Source: a virus
Strand: one strand, 5' to 3'
DNA length: 64,000 nt
IMG/VR virus record: IMGVR_UViG_3300042542_003555
Span: 96,984-160,983 of that record
This document shows, one piece after another, positions 18,263 to 28,608 of this stretch. Under the pieces are notes generated by a model, which searched no databases, had not been told where the DNA came from, and saw only the letters and a list, made by a program, of their open reading frames with translations. The position numbers and the translations under genes were made by a program. How positions within the stretch are numbered: position 1 is the stretch's first letter; every line of letters begins with the position of its first letter.

Positions 18263-18445
18263 TCAATATTTGAAACGTCTAAATTCTTCATCCTCTCCAT
18301 GGCGATTCTCATATTCCCATTGTTTTAACTTTTTCTTAACTTCGCCATGTTCTTTGAATTTTCTTTTCTTTTTTGAAGATTTCGTAAATTCATAATCATC
18401 ACCGTAATCATCATTTTTACGGAATTTACCAGCAAATTTACTCAT
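18263..18445 (-). CDS. Small charged hypothetical protein
   Basis: ORF track. Confidence 0.6.
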   Translation of the reverse strand: MSKFAGKFRKNDDYGDDYEFTKSSKKKRKFKEHGEVKKKLKQWEYENRHGEDEEFRRFKY

Positions 18446-18463
18446 TTGGTTTTCTAGACTCCA

Positions 18464-18862
18464 TTATTTCATTAGTAGGAACTTGATGCCTTTCATTTTA
18501 CCTTCAGGCGAGGTTTCTTTATCTCCATTTCTGGAAATAAAAAATATATCGGAGTGAGGATAGCACATTTGTACTATTTTGAGAAGTTGACATGCGGTAC
18601 CGTCAGTATCATTATACATAAAAACTTCATCAACGTATTTGATACTTCTGACGATATCCGATCTTGAGTTGTAGTTTTGAACAAAACCTTTTTCATACTT
18701 TGTTAGGTAAATATCGGAGTGTACACCGACAATTAGCCAATCACCTTTTTTTCTAGCCTTTTTGAGAAATTCAATATCTGATAATTCTATAGGATCAAAA
18801 GTGCCAATCGTTACAATTATTTTTTCTTTTCTTGTTTTCATGGTAACATGTTGGGAAAACAC
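18464..18862 (-). CDS. Cytidylyltransferase-like (TagD-type) protein with degenerate HIGH motif
   Basis: GTFDPIELSD...GDWLIVGVHSD...YVDEV. Confidence 0.7.
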   Translation of the reverse strand: MFSQHVTMKTRKEKIIVTIGTFDPIELSDIEFLKKARKKGDWLIVGVHSDIYLTKYEKGFVQNYNSRSDIVRSIKYVDEVFMYNDTDGTACQLLKIVQMCYPHSDIFFISRNGDKETSPEGKMKGIKFLLMK

Positions 18863-19260
18863 TCCTTGACAAAATTATATGTCAATCCTTTTACACCTAA
18901 ATCTTTCTTAAATATTCCAATAATCACTTCTGCTTCTCTTGGTTCTAAAGATTCTAAAAGTTGAATTAGAAGTTCATTCTTTCTCTGTTCTGTTAAATTT
19001 TGAGAAGTAGGATGTCCTTCTTGAAACAAATAAATTCTTCTTAGTTCTGTTCCTAGATGAGCAAAAGAAACACCAGGTAAGGTATCAGGAATTTTATAAT
19101 TATCAGGAATTTCTTTCACAGTCCATTTGTAATTTGGATGAAAGGTGTATTCCAAAACTTTAACAAGGGTTGGAGAAAGATTGTTTTGTATTACGAGTTT
19201 TCTATCTGCCTTTGTCTTTACTTCTTCAAATTCATCCAATATTTCATAAATGTTTCTCAT
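18838..19260 (-). CDS. Conserved T4-like phage protein
   Basis: QLLESLEPREAE motif; usual neighbour of rnh in T4-like genomes. Confidence 0.7.
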   Translation of the reverse strand: MRNIYEILDEFEEVKTKADRKLVIQNNLSPTLVKVLEYTFHPNYKWTVKEIPDNYKIPDTLPGVSFAHLGTELRRIYLFQEGHPTSQNLTEQRKNELLIQLLESLEPREAEVIIGIFKKDLGVKGLTYNFVKECFPNMLP

Positions 19261-20117
19261 TAAAATTCCTCAATAACGTCCATCAGGTTCTTCAGTCGGT
19301 TCTCAATAAAGTAATTCAACAACTTACTTCTAGGAGCAGGTTTTGTTTCTTCATAAGTATTTATGATTTTCTCCTTTATATCACCTGGTATTAAAGACAG
19401 GTCAATTAGGAGTTGATTACGGGTAAAGCCAGTATTTGCTATAGATTCATAGTTACTGTAATGCTCAGATAGAAATTTATCTAGTTTTCCTTTTGTAATA
19501 GGAGTCTGACGTTTATCTAGAACAAAACAATCTGAAGAAGATAAGATATTTGGTATACCATCACCTTTGTCACCTTTGATGATTTTTTCTTTCAGGTCTT
19601 TTTGTGGATTCTCTGAAATGACAAACTTCTTCAAAGCAGGATTATATTGCTTTACACTAAATTCACTTCTACTGTTATATGCTTGAAGTTGTAAGAAATC
19701 ACCATCACTGGAAAGAATCAAGATATTTTCGTGCATGATATGACGAGGAACTAATGTGCCTATAATATCATCAGCTTCGGCCCCTTCAACATCAATTACT
19801 TTGTATGGAAAATTTTCCTTGAGTTCGCTTTTTAGTTTGGCGAGAATATCAAAGATTAGGTGCCAATCAAGATCAGATTTCTCTCTGGCTTTTTTGCGGC
19901 CTGCTTTGTAGAAAGGAAATACAGATTTACGCCAATAGTTACGATTGTCGCAACACAGCACAATTTCACCATATTCACGAAATTTATTGGTGTGGGTGCG
20001 AATGACATTGAGCACCATATGGCGAACTAGTCCTTCTTCCAGTTTCACATTTTTTTGGGATGCAATCTGAGCCATGATGCCAGAAAGCAGGACTTGATTT
20101 AGGTCAATTAATATCAT
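19260..20117 (-). CDS. rnh: T4-type RNase H (5'-3' exonuclease)
   Basis: LIDLNQ, YWRK...YKAGR, EADDII, SSDGDF, GDKGDGIPN. Confidence 0.9.
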   Translation of the reverse strand: MILIDLNQVLLSGIMAQIASQKNVKLEEGLVRHMVLNVIRTHTNKFREYGEIVLCCDNRNYWRKSVFPFYKAGRKKAREKSDLDWHLIFDILAKLKSELKENFPYKVIDVEGAEADDIIGTLVPRHIMHENILILSSDGDFLQLQAYNSRSEFSVKQYNPALKKFVISENPQKDLKEKIIKGDKGDGIPNILSSSDCFVLDKRQTPITKGKLDKFLSEHYSNYESIANTGFTRNQLLIDLSLIPGDIKEKIINTYEETKPAPRSKLLNYFIENRLKNLMDVIEEF

Positions 20118-20147
20118 GATAACACTCTTTGTTCAGGAAACTCTATA

Positions 20148-20492
20148 TTACACTAGTTCATTTACTTTGTCAAATATATTTGTAACAAAGCTACCAGATG
20201 TTGTTGTTTTTTTAGCAACGAAGCCATAAAAATCACAGGTTATCATTCTGGAAACATATTCTAGAGGTTCTATTAAAATTGCTTCAAATAAATCCGGATC
20301 TATAGGATTACCTTCATCATCTCTTTTGAATACCATAATATGATACATATTTCCCAATTCACTCATATCAAGACTTTCACCTGGATCTCTATATTTTGCT
20401 CCTTCAACACTTACAGAATCTTCTTCTGGTCCAGGAACAAAGAAGAAAGCATCAAAATTGTCATTCTTCATTTCTTTGAGAAACTCTAGCAT
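20148..20492 (-). CDS. Hypothetical protein
   Basis: AAGGA RBS; ORF track. Confidence 0.6.
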   Translation of the reverse strand: MLEFLKEMKNDNFDAFFFVPGPEEDSVSVEGAKYRDPGESLDMSELGNMYHIMVFKRDDEGNPIDPDLFEAILIEPLEYVSRMITCDFYGFVAKKTTTSGSFVTNIFDKVNELV

Positions 20493-20898
20493 TATAGTCC
20501 TTAATATGTGATTTTCTAACTCTTACCATTATCCAAACGTTGTAGTAATCTTCACTTTCCATCACACCACGAACGAACTGTTCCTTCGCTTCAAGATATC
20601 CACATTCACCTTTTGTTTTGCATAGATGTAGAATCTCTCTAGAAAAGTTTTCTTCTCCGTGTAGTTTAACATCATTTACAAGTTCTGTGTTGGAACCATA
20701 GTAAGTTTGCCAATCACTTGCTACTTTCACTTTTTTCTTTTTACCTTTGACTTGTTTGGTTTTGGCAGAATAAAAAAATTTCTTACCTATGTATTTTCTT
20801 TTATTCGTGAGATTAGTAATCTCGTAAACGAATCCGTAGTTATCACCAATCAAGTCTTCCGTAAAATCAATATTATTATATGTCCAATTTAGTCCCAT
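20461..20898 (-). CDS. GIY-YIG endonuclease (EndoII/DenA-like)
   Basis: GFVYEITNLTNKRKYIGKK, YYGS, FSREIL. Confidence 0.8.
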   Translation of the reverse strand: MGLNWTYNNIDFTEDLIGDNYGFVYEITNLTNKRKYIGKKFFYSAKTKQVKGKKKKVKVASDWQTYYGSNTELVNDVKLHGEENFSREILHLCKTKGECGYLEAKEQFVRGVMESEDYYNVWIMVRVRKSHIKDYNARVSQRNEE

Positions 20899-21074
20899 TC
20901 TTCATCATCTTCAGAGTCCTCATCTTCTATATATTCTTCTTGAATTTCTTCGATGGGCTCTCCGCAAAATGGACAATGTTCTGGATATTCTTGAGACACA
21001 AATTCCTCAGTATAGTTAATTTGATAAGATGATTCGCAGTTGTGACATTCTGCTGTTATTATTTTGTCGTTCAT
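20889..21074 (-). CDS. Zinc-ribbon protein with acidic tail
   Basis: CHNC...CPFC. Confidence 0.7.
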   Translation of the reverse strand: MNDKIITAECHNCESSYQINYTEEFVSQEYPEHCPFCGEPIEEIQEEYIEDEDSEDDEEWD

Positions 21075-21083
21075 TTTGTTTCC

Positions 21084-22070
21084 TTAGTGTGCCCATACAT
21101 CCGCCCAATCTCCAGACAAAGCACCTTTCGCATAATCAGTTGCTCTATTCTCAAAGAAGTTGGTGTGTGTTGGTGCATTAATCATTTCTTCTACCCAAGG
21201 TAGAGGATTTCTTTTTACTTTAAAGATTCCTTTTAGTCCTAGACTAATCAATCTTCTATCTGCAATATAACGAATATATTTTTTCACTTCCTCAGCAGTC
21301 AGTCCTTCCATTTCATTTACACTAAATGCCAAGTCAATAAACTTATCTTCAAGTTCAACCATTCTTTCAGCAATAGTATAAATTCTGCTTTTCAAATCGT
21401 CGTTCCAAATTTCCTTATTTTCTTCAACATAAGTTCTAAACAACTTAATCATAGATTCGCAATGTTGTGTCTCATCTACAATTGACCACGTTACAATCTG
21501 ACCCATACCCTTCATCTTACCGGTGCGTGGGAAGTTAAGTAACATGATAAAGGAACTGAATAGTTGCATTCCTTCGGTGAAAGCAGAGAATACTGCAATA
21601 TGAGTAGCAGTAGAAGTCCTATCGCCATTCTGTGAGCTAAGATTAAGAATATAATCGTGCTTCTCACGCATCTCTGCATATTCCAAGAATTCATTGTAGG
21701 TTGTCTCCGGTAATCCTAGTGTCTCAATAAGATGTGAGTATGCTGCGATGTGTAGTGCTTCTCTTGCTGCAAAACCAAGAAGCATCATTCTCACTTCAGG
21801 TTGAGCAAAGTATGGTAGATAGTTTTTAACATAACCACCAGCAACATCAATATCGCCTTGAGTGAAGAATCTAAAAATATGTGTTAGGAATTTCTTTTCT
21901 GAGTCTGTGAGTTTTTTCTTCCAATCTTTTACATCTTCTAACATTGGAACTTCTGTGTGAAGCCAGTGAGACTGCTCATGTTTCAACCATGAATCATATG
22001 CCCACGGATAGTTAAATGGTTTAAACGATGTTCTATCTTCTGTTAAATCTGATTGTTGCTTCTTGATCAT
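21084..22070 (-). CDS. nrdB: Ribonucleotide reductase class Ia beta subunit
   Basis: EALH and DETQH di-iron motifs; FFTQGD; NFFE. Confidence 0.92.
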   Translation of the reverse strand: MIKKQQSDLTEDRTSFKPFNYPWAYDSWLKHEQSHWLHTEVPMLEDVKDWKKKLTDSEKKFLTHIFRFFTQGDIDVAGGYVKNYLPYFAQPEVRMMLLGFAAREALHIAAYSHLIETLGLPETTYNEFLEYAEMREKHDYILNLSSQNGDRTSTATHIAVFSAFTEGMQLFSSFIMLLNFPRTGKMKGMGQIVTWSIVDETQHCESMIKLFRTYVEENKEIWNDDLKSRIYTIAERMVELEDKFIDLAFSVNEMEGLTAEEVKKYIRYIADRRLISLGLKGIFKVKRNPLPWVEEMINAPTHTNFFENRATDYAKGALSGDWADVWAH

Positions 22071-22087
22071 TCTTCTTCTTCTCCTGT

Positions 22088-22726
22088 TTATTCTTCATAC
22101 ATTACGGTATTAGTATCACCTAATGTCCATTTTGGTTTTTGTTCTACAACATATTTCTTTGTACATACCTTAAAATCTGGAAACTTCATTTCTTTTGGAT
22201 TGCTTGCTGCATCTAAAAATAAACAACGATTATTTGGTTGTGCTGCGAACTGTCCATTATCTAGTTGCATAAAGTTAAAGCTCTTATGGTCTTCTGGCCA
22301 TTCTGCATAACTTGTATCAATAATATTCAAGTCGGGTGCAGAATGGTCTACTGTAAATAGATATTCGCCCTCATAGAAGTTTTTATCTTTTGCATAAAAC
22401 TTGCAAGTCAAGTTGCGTAGAAATGCTTTTTGTATGACTGCAAAATCATAACTAAAACAATCCCAGATTTGTAATGTGTCTAGAGGTAAAAACTTCTTAG
22501 GGTCAAGATTCTCTGTGCGTGATACATACGCATGTAAAGGTAATTTGTCATAAACTGCGCCATAGTTTGGTAAGTATGCCTCTATTCTAAATGCTTGACC
22601 ACGAATGCTTTTGATTGATACCCATATACACGGTTCATATTCACCATGCCCCTTTTCAAAGTCATATAAAAACTCTTTGCGTATATAACAATGAACTGGT
22701 GGTATGTTAGCTACAAGATGTGCCAT
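22088..22726 (-). CDS. Conserved hypothetical protein
   Basis: LQIWDCFSY, GQFAAQPNNR motifs; lies between nrdA and nrdB. Confidence 0.7.
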   Translation of the reverse strand: MAHLVANIPPVHCYIRKEFLYDFEKGHGEYEPCIWVSIKSIRGQAFRIEAYLPNYGAVYDKLPLHAYVSRTENLDPKKFLPLDTLQIWDCFSYDFAVIQKAFLRNLTCKFYAKDKNFYEGEYLFTVDHSAPDLNIIDTSYAEWPEDHKSFNFMQLDNGQFAAQPNNRCLFLDAASNPKEMKFPDFKVCTKKYVVEQKPKWTLGDTNTVMYEE

Positions 22727-22854
22727 TTTTCTTCTCTTCCTCTTTTTTACATTCAATAGGTGGCTTTTCTGGCCATACTTTTTCTTTAATGTATGTTGCA
22801 CCAAACCAACCCCATGCGGAAAAGAAACCCCACATAATGATTTCGCCTATCATA

Positions 22855-23496
22855 TTATTTCTCCATTAATCTATTGACAAAATTCAACAACAGATGATGC
22901 TTATTTCCATTCCAGTGTTTTTTCATCCATGAATAACTATCATACCAATGTTTTTCTGCTTCAAGATGACATGCAATTAGTCCTATGTTATTTTGTATAA
23001 TAGCCATAGGATCACCATTCATGTATCTTGCTATCGTTTCAAATTTTGTTTCATCTCCTGTAACTGCAAATCCATCGTAAAAGTACATTCTTTCCCGCTG
23101 ATGGTTCCAGTCAACTTCCAAATATTTGGCGTGTGGTCTTTTTGTGTCTGTGTTTGGTCTTTTAATATACTGCGTGGTGGTAACGTCATCAGATAGAACA
23201 TCAAGATAATAGTGGTTGGCCCAATAACCACCCATACAGATTCCGAGATACTTACCACCATCTTGTACAAATCTACGGATTCTGTCGCCATTATTGGCAA
23301 AGCACATATCAAACTTACTAGCATCACCAAAGCCGCCTGGGATGCATACAATATCAACGTCATCAAAGAAGTCATCTTCAAGTTCATGTTTAGTGAATAT
23401 CTTAAACCTATAGTTCGGTGTCAATGCATTAATGATACCATTGCCTGATTGCACCGAACAATACGGCTGGTGCATAAACATTGCAATCGTTTTCAT
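22855..23496 (-). CDS. BPL-N / class I glutamine-amidotransferase-like protein
   Basis: IPGG, GGKYLGICMGGY, HLE triad-like motifs. Confidence 0.75.
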   Translation of the reverse strand: MKTIAMFMHQPYCSVQSGNGIINALTPNYRFKIFTKHELEDDFFDDVDIVCIPGGFGDASKFDMCFANNGDRIRRFVQDGGKYLGICMGGYWANHYYLDVLSDDVTTTQYIKRPNTDTKRPHAKYLEVDWNHQRERMYFYDGFAVTGDETKFETIARYMNGDPMAIIQNNIGLIACHLEAEKHWYDSYSWMKKHWNGNKHHLLLNFVNRLMEK

Positions 23497-25280
23497 TAAC
23501 CCTCACATGCAATACAATCATTTCCTTGTGCAATTTGTGTCATATCAAGTTCTTTAATTACTTGGCGTTCAATTCTCTTTGATACTTTATCTGCTTTACC
23601 GATCTTTTCACTTCTGCAATAGTACAGCGACTTCAAACCTTTCTTCCACGCCATGAAATGAATAGCATGTATGTATTTGATATTTGCATCAGGTCTAAAG
23701 AATAGATTCAAAGACTGTGCTTGATCAATATATTGTTGTCTATCTGCTGCTAGGTCAATTACCCAACGCTGATCAATTTCCATTGATGTTTTAAATACAG
23801 CCTTTTCATTTTCATCAAGAATGTCTAGGTGTTGTACTGAACCATCGTTTGCAATAATACTAGACCAAATATCATTATACTCTTGTTCATCGGGTACTTT
23901 CTTTTTGATGATTGCATCTAGCCATCTATTCTTGTTTAAATAGGCTCCAGAAAGAGTATCTTGTCTATAGGCATTGGCACGATAAGGCTCAACAGAAGGG
24001 CTAGTATTCCCCATGATAATAGAGCTAGAAGCATTAGGAGCAATGGCCATAAGATGACTGAAACGATATCCGGTCCCTCCAGCATCTGGCGCTTCACCAC
24101 GTTCACTCCCCAATTCAAGATTCGCTTCATTTAATTTTTCTCTGATGTGTTTAAAGATTTTGTTGTTGGCGACTTTTGCCATGACACCCTCAAAAGCAAT
24201 ACCATTACGCTGTAGATAAGCGTGGAAACCGAGAGCACCAATCCCAATGCTACGCTCACGGGATGCAGAATATTTTGCACGGCTGATTGTGTCAGGAGCA
24301 TTATCAATAAAATACTGTAACACGTTATCAAGCATCTCAGCAACATCTCTGAGGAATAATGGTTCGTTCTTCCATTCATCATAAGTCTCCAGATTCAATG
24401 ATGATAAACAACATACTGCGGTTCGTTCTTCATTGGTGGGTAACACAATTTCACTGCAAAGGTTAGATTGATGAATTTTCAATCCTTTATTTTTCAACCA
24501 TTGAGGCATTTGTTTGTTACTTGTATCAATAAAGTGAATGTATGGTTCACCAGTATGCATTCTCAATTCTAGAATCATCTGCCACAAATGTCTTGCTGAT
24601 ACTACTTCTCTTACTTCTCCACTATGCGGATCTTTTAGTTCCCAATCATCGTTTGCTTGTGGATCTAACATGCAGTTTTCAATGATGGACATAAAGTCAT
24701 CTGTGATATTGATACCGTGATGTAGATTTAAACATCTGACGTTTGGATCTCCCGTTGGCTTTCGCATCTCCAAGAACGGAATAACGTCAGGATGAGATAT
24801 GTCAAGATAAGCGGCATAAGAACCACGGCGAGTGCGGCCTTGACGATAAGCCAAAGAGCTTGAATCATAAATTTTAAGATGAGGCATAACGCCAGTAGAC
24901 TTATCATCAGCAGAGCGGATGCCAAAGCCAATACCCACTCCACCTCCGAGCATACTGAGCCAATTAGTTTCTGATAAGTTGTCAACTAGTCCTTCCGCAG
25001 TATCTTCAATATAGTTGAGAAAACAAGATATAGGCATTCCACGCTTAGAACGACCAAAAGAAAGAATAGGCGTAGAATAAGATAGCCAATGTCTACTACT
25101 ATATTCATACAACCTTTGAGCATGTTCTGGATTACTTCCGAAACTCTTTGATACAAATGCAAATCTGTGTTGCGGAGATTCTTCATCTTCTCGCATATAT
25201 GATTCTTTAAGTCTTTTGATTCCAAGTTCATCAAATAATTTATCTCTCTCTAAGTCTATCTTGATTCCTAAATATTCCAT
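23496..25280 (-). CDS. nrdA: Ribonucleotide reductase class Ia alpha subunit
   Basis: ISCF, SNLCSEI, VCCLSS, IAPNASSS, KSLYY, C-terminal CIACEG. Confidence 0.92.
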   Translation of the reverse strand: MEYLGIKIDLERDKLFDELGIKRLKESYMREDEESPQHRFAFVSKSFGSNPEHAQRLYEYSSRHWLSYSTPILSFGRSKRGMPISCFLNYIEDTAEGLVDNLSETNWLSMLGGGVGIGFGIRSADDKSTGVMPHLKIYDSSSLAYRQGRTRRGSYAAYLDISHPDVIPFLEMRKPTGDPNVRCLNLHHGINITDDFMSIIENCMLDPQANDDWELKDPHSGEVREVVSARHLWQMILELRMHTGEPYIHFIDTSNKQMPQWLKNKGLKIHQSNLCSEIVLPTNEERTAVCCLSSLNLETYDEWKNEPLFLRDVAEMLDNVLQYFIDNAPDTISRAKYSASRERSIGIGALGFHAYLQRNGIAFEGVMAKVANNKIFKHIREKLNEANLELGSERGEAPDAGGTGYRFSHLMAIAPNASSSIIMGNTSPSVEPYRANAYRQDTLSGAYLNKNRWLDAIIKKKVPDEQEYNDIWSSIIANDGSVQHLDILDENEKAVFKTSMEIDQRWVIDLAADRQQYIDQAQSLNLFFRPDANIKYIHAIHFMAWKKGLKSLYYCRSEKIGKADKVSKRIERQVIKELDMTQIAQGNDCIACEG

Positions 25281-25293
25281 TTCTTCTGCCTTA

Positions 25294-25938
25294 TTATTGT
25301 TGTACGAATTCTTCTATCATCGGGAAAATAGGTTCAATAGCCTTTGCACATGCTATAGCAATTTCTTGATGTTCTTTTTGTGTACCATTTGCACTCCTGA
25401 GTTGTATATAGTGTACCCAAGAACGTAAAGTTCCGTTCATATACAGGCGAGAAGGGGTCATACCCTCAGGTAATACTACTCTCGCTTGTTCTTTAGCAAT
25501 CCCGTTTTTTATTGCCCAATCGTAGACCTGTTGTACTTTAAATGCTACTGCTGCTTGGTGTTCTTGCCATCTTTCTTTAGTATATTCATCATCAGTTTCA
25601 ATACTCTTTTGGCGATTTTTATAATCCTGTAGTCTTGCTTCACGGTATTCAAATTCATTTTCCACAACCGCATAACGTTGACTAAATTCTTGAAAAGAGA
25701 ATGACCTATGGCGTAATATTTGCCTGGCTATGTCTCTTGTGGTATTGATTTCTAAACATACATTGACCATTTCAAGTGGTGACCAATGTTGATGTTTAAT
25801 TAGGTAACGAACCAGCTTTTCTGCTGTATCGTTATTATCTTGGTTTGCTGGATTAGAAACTCTAGCAACAAAGGCTACTTGTTCCAAGAGGTTTCTTCCA
25901 TCAGTTCCTTGAGAGTGAGACACTAGTTTTACATTCAT
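25294..25938 (-). CDS. thyX: Flavin-dependent thymidylate synthase
   Basis: HWSPLE, QILRHRSFSFQEFSQRY. Confidence 0.92.
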   Translation of the reverse strand: MNVKLVSHSQGTDGRNLLEQVAFVARVSNPANQDNNDTAEKLVRYLIKHQHWSPLEMVNVCLEINTTRDIARQILRHRSFSFQEFSQRYAVVENEFEYREARLQDYKNRQKSIETDDEYTKERWQEHQAAVAFKVQQVYDWAIKNGIAKEQARVVLPEGMTPSRLYMNGTLRSWVHYIQLRSANGTQKEHQEIAIACAKAIEPIFPMIEEFVQQ

Positions 25939-25953
25939 TATAAAATCTCCATA

Positions 25954-26991
25954 CTAAACTTTTTTCCATTTGGAAAACTCAAGATTAGCTCTCAAATTAC
26001 TGAAAGTAAATTTATCTATAATATCCAATATTTCATCAGGCGAAATTCCTGCTAAAATCATGTCATTTATATCTTTTTGCTTGATGTTTTCCGGCAGTAA
26101 TGTTACATTATATCCAGAAGCAATTGCTTTGCCGATTTGCTTTACAATATCTTTGTTTCTTGGTTCATTATCATACACTAAAACAAAATCAGTTAGCTCT
26201 AACTTCGCTGCTCTTGTTAGGTCCGCATCAGCAGTTGCAATTGCGTTTGGTAAAAACATTGAATCAATTGGTCCTTCAACAACATAAACTTTTTTATTTC
26301 TATTTAATTTATTCAACCCATAAAACTTCATGTGTCCTTGAAGTAATTCATTCTCCACCAAGGTGATTGTGATGTAACGGATCTTTGATTCCGATAGCGC
26401 CCTACCCTGTATGGCAAAGAGTTCATTATTTTCGTCGTAGAACGGTATGATAAGCCTAGGGTCTTCCGATTTAAGATTTTCCTTTTCAACACCGAGAGAT
26501 TGTACCAACATCTTGAAATCAGGCGCAAAGAATAATTCCGAGAAATATTTCTCAGGAATCTTCCTCGCTTTAACATATGCTTTCGCATAATGCGATTCTG
26601 GTAAGGACTCAATTGTATCCAACTCGATCTTCTTTTGCGTTGCCTTTTCATTGAACGCAGGTTGACTCTTGAATTCCTCAAAGGTTGGTTTCGGATAATT
26701 ATGATTCCCGGTCTCCCCGTTAGTGAACCTTTCATAGGTATACTCTTTCAGTAAGGATGGATCTACAAACTTTAGAAAATTGTAAAAGGTATGACTGGCA
26801 CCACAATTATGGCACCTGAAAAAGTAGTCATTACTTTTCTTGTAAACAAAACCTCTGGCTTTGGATTTATTCTTTTGTGAATCGCCACAAATAGGACACC
26901 TAAAGTTATACAGGTCTTGCTTTTTTTGAGCAAAACGTTCTAACTTTGGTGAAACTAGGTGTAGGAATTTTCTGTCAATATAGATGCTCAT
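25954..26991 (-). CDS. gp61: DNA primase (T4 gp61-like)
   Basis: CPICGDS...CHNC zinc finger; VEGPIDS Toprim; KDINDM. Confidence 0.9.
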   Translation of the reverse strand: MSIYIDRKFLHLVSPKLERFAQKKQDLYNFRCPICGDSQKNKSKARGFVYKKSNDYFFRCHNCGASHTFYNFLKFVDPSLLKEYTYERFTNGETGNHNYPKPTFEEFKSQPAFNEKATQKKIELDTIESLPESHYAKAYVKARKIPEKYFSELFFAPDFKMLVQSLGVEKENLKSEDPRLIIPFYDENNELFAIQGRALSESKIRYITITLVENELLQGHMKFYGLNKLNRNKKVYVVEGPIDSMFLPNAIATADADLTRAAKLELTDFVLVYDNEPRNKDIVKQIGKAIASGYNVTLLPENIKQKDINDMILAGISPDEILDIIDKFTFSNLRANLEFSKWKKV

Positions 26992-27037
26992 GTTGTAATG
27001 ATATCACAAATTTGACAGATTGTAAAGTGGTAAAAAG

Positions 27038-27466
27038 TTATTTACCGATAAGACTGGAAAAAGTTTCTAAATTAATATTTGATATTAACCAAGATATGGC
27101 AATAACACCACCAACTACCATCCACTTCCATTGCAGAAGTTTATCTAAAGATTCTTTTTCTTTGGAATTATGATCCTGCATATCTTTACGCATGGCTTTC
27201 AATTCATCCATGAGTCTCAACTCAGAATCTTGCAGCTTATCAAGAACCGTGTCTATTCTAACATGGATTTCTTTGATATCTGTCTCTGTTTCTAATCTTC
27301 TATTGTCCATGTCTGTATATATTTTAGCAATATGTCTGTCGTGCTGATCGACCAGTTTCTCCATCACCTTATCCATTTTGTCGCAAAGAGTACATAGGGT
27401 GCTGACTTGTTGTTTCAGCACCCCTACGTCAATTTGCAGATTCACTACTTCTTTATCGTCAGACAT
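27038..27466 (-). CDS. Coiled-coil protein with C-terminal TM segment
   Basis: Heptad pattern; WMVVGGVIAISWLI. Confidence 0.65.
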   Translation of the reverse strand: MSDDKEVVNLQIDVGVLKQQVSTLCTLCDKMDKVMEKLVDQHDRHIAKIYTDMDNRRLETETDIKEIHVRIDTVLDKLQDSELRLMDELKAMRKDMQDHNSKEKESLDKLLQWKWMVVGGVIAISWLISNINLETFSSLIGK

Positions 27467-27652
27467 TTCTATTTCTTTACTTTTTTTCTGGAATTTTTGT
27501 ACCATCTAATTTCTTATGTACTTTAATTGTTTTACATACTTCTTTTTCTTTTTTAGTTTTGTTATCATATTCTTTGACACATACTTTTTTTTCTTCTGCG
27601 GCATACACTGATGTTACAAGAAATAATGCAATTGCTAAGGCAAATATGTAGT

Positions 27653-27880
27653 TCATTTTTCTTCCTTTTTAGTAAATTTTTCAGATGCAGTAAATCCTAA
27701 TCCTGCGATAACAATATACATCATTGAATCAAAGGCTTCTTTTGATACATGATATTCGGTAAATAGCTCTGTCATAAAAGCAACAGAACACATTAAAAAT
27801 GCTGCTAAAGTAATAAAGCGTTTGCTGCTGACAGTCTTATTAGTTCCATCAGCAAGCAAACTATTAAACCACATTCTCAT
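27653..27880 (-). CDS. Small 2-TM protein, holin candidate
   Basis: SSKRF plus two TM segments and a charged tail; lies in the endolysin operon. Confidence 0.55.
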   Translation of the reverse strand: MRMWFNSLLADGTNKTVSSKRFITLAAFLMCSVAFMTELFTEYHVSKEAFDSMMYIVIAGLGFTASEKFTKKEEK

Positions 27881-28393
27881 TTACTTCTCCGGATGAGGAG
27901 GTTGTTCTGGTGCTTCTTTACCCCCAAACCCAGAAACTACTTCAGCCTTTACTGGCATAATACCACCACTCATCATGCCTGAAGGTGCTGATACAACTGG
28001 TGCTGGTGGTGGAACGTCATGCATGACTTTTTTGGTTGCTTCAAAGTTATCATTGGCCATCTTTTGTGCCTGAAGCATTGCCTCTTTATCTTCTTTAGAT
28101 GTTCCTGCTAACATGATACCTGATAGAGTACCCGTTAAGAATGTAGCAATGGGAACAATCAACTCAAAGAACTTTTGGTCAATTGGAGAAATTGCATTGA
28201 GAGGTTGCGTTACAAAAATAAGAGAATATAACACAACAAAGACGATTCCAGTTAATGTTAATGCTAAACATATGCCAATAAAAAACTTCAATCTAGACAT
28301 CAACTGTTCATCTGTATATAGGAATGGTTGATTATTTTCCACAGTTTGCTCCTTGTGAAACAGGCGGTGTATTAATTGTTTGAGTTGGTTCAT
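27881..28393 (-). CDS. 2-TM membrane protein with Pro-rich tail (lysis region)
   Basis: PIATFLTGTLSGIML; true start probably near GTG of VENNQ. Confidence 0.65.
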   Translation of the reverse strand: MNQLKQLIHRLFHKEQTVENNQPFLYTDEQLMSRLKFFIGICLALTLTGIVFVVLYSLIFVTQPLNAISPIDQKFFELIVPIATFLTGTLSGIMLAGTSKEDKEAMLQAQKMANDNFEATKKVMHDVPPPAPVVSAPSGMMSGGIMPVKAEVVSGFGGKEAPEQPPHPEK

Positions 28394-28607
28394 CTTTTGG
28401 AGGTCCTAATCTAGGGTCACGTTGTCCTTTAAATACATGTTCTGGACAAGTTCTTGTCACATCACATATAGGTGCTTTGCAAATATCCTTATCCCAATTA
28501 GCAGGATCCTGACAAGGATATCTGAATCTATCTCCACTACACATTGCCATACCTATCGGCAGCAATAACAACACAAGCATAAACTTTGCTAGTTTTGCAT
28601 CTGTCAT
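28332..28607 (-). CDS. Cys-rich putative lipoprotein
   Basis: Signal-like N-terminus; DRFRYPCQDPANW...C...C...CP. Confidence 0.65.
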   Translation of the reverse strand: MTDAKLAKFMLVLLLLPIGMAMCSGDRFRYPCQDPANWDKDICKAPICDVTRTCPEHVFKGQRDPRLGPPKDEPTQTINTPPVSQGANCGK

Positions 28608-28608
28608 C

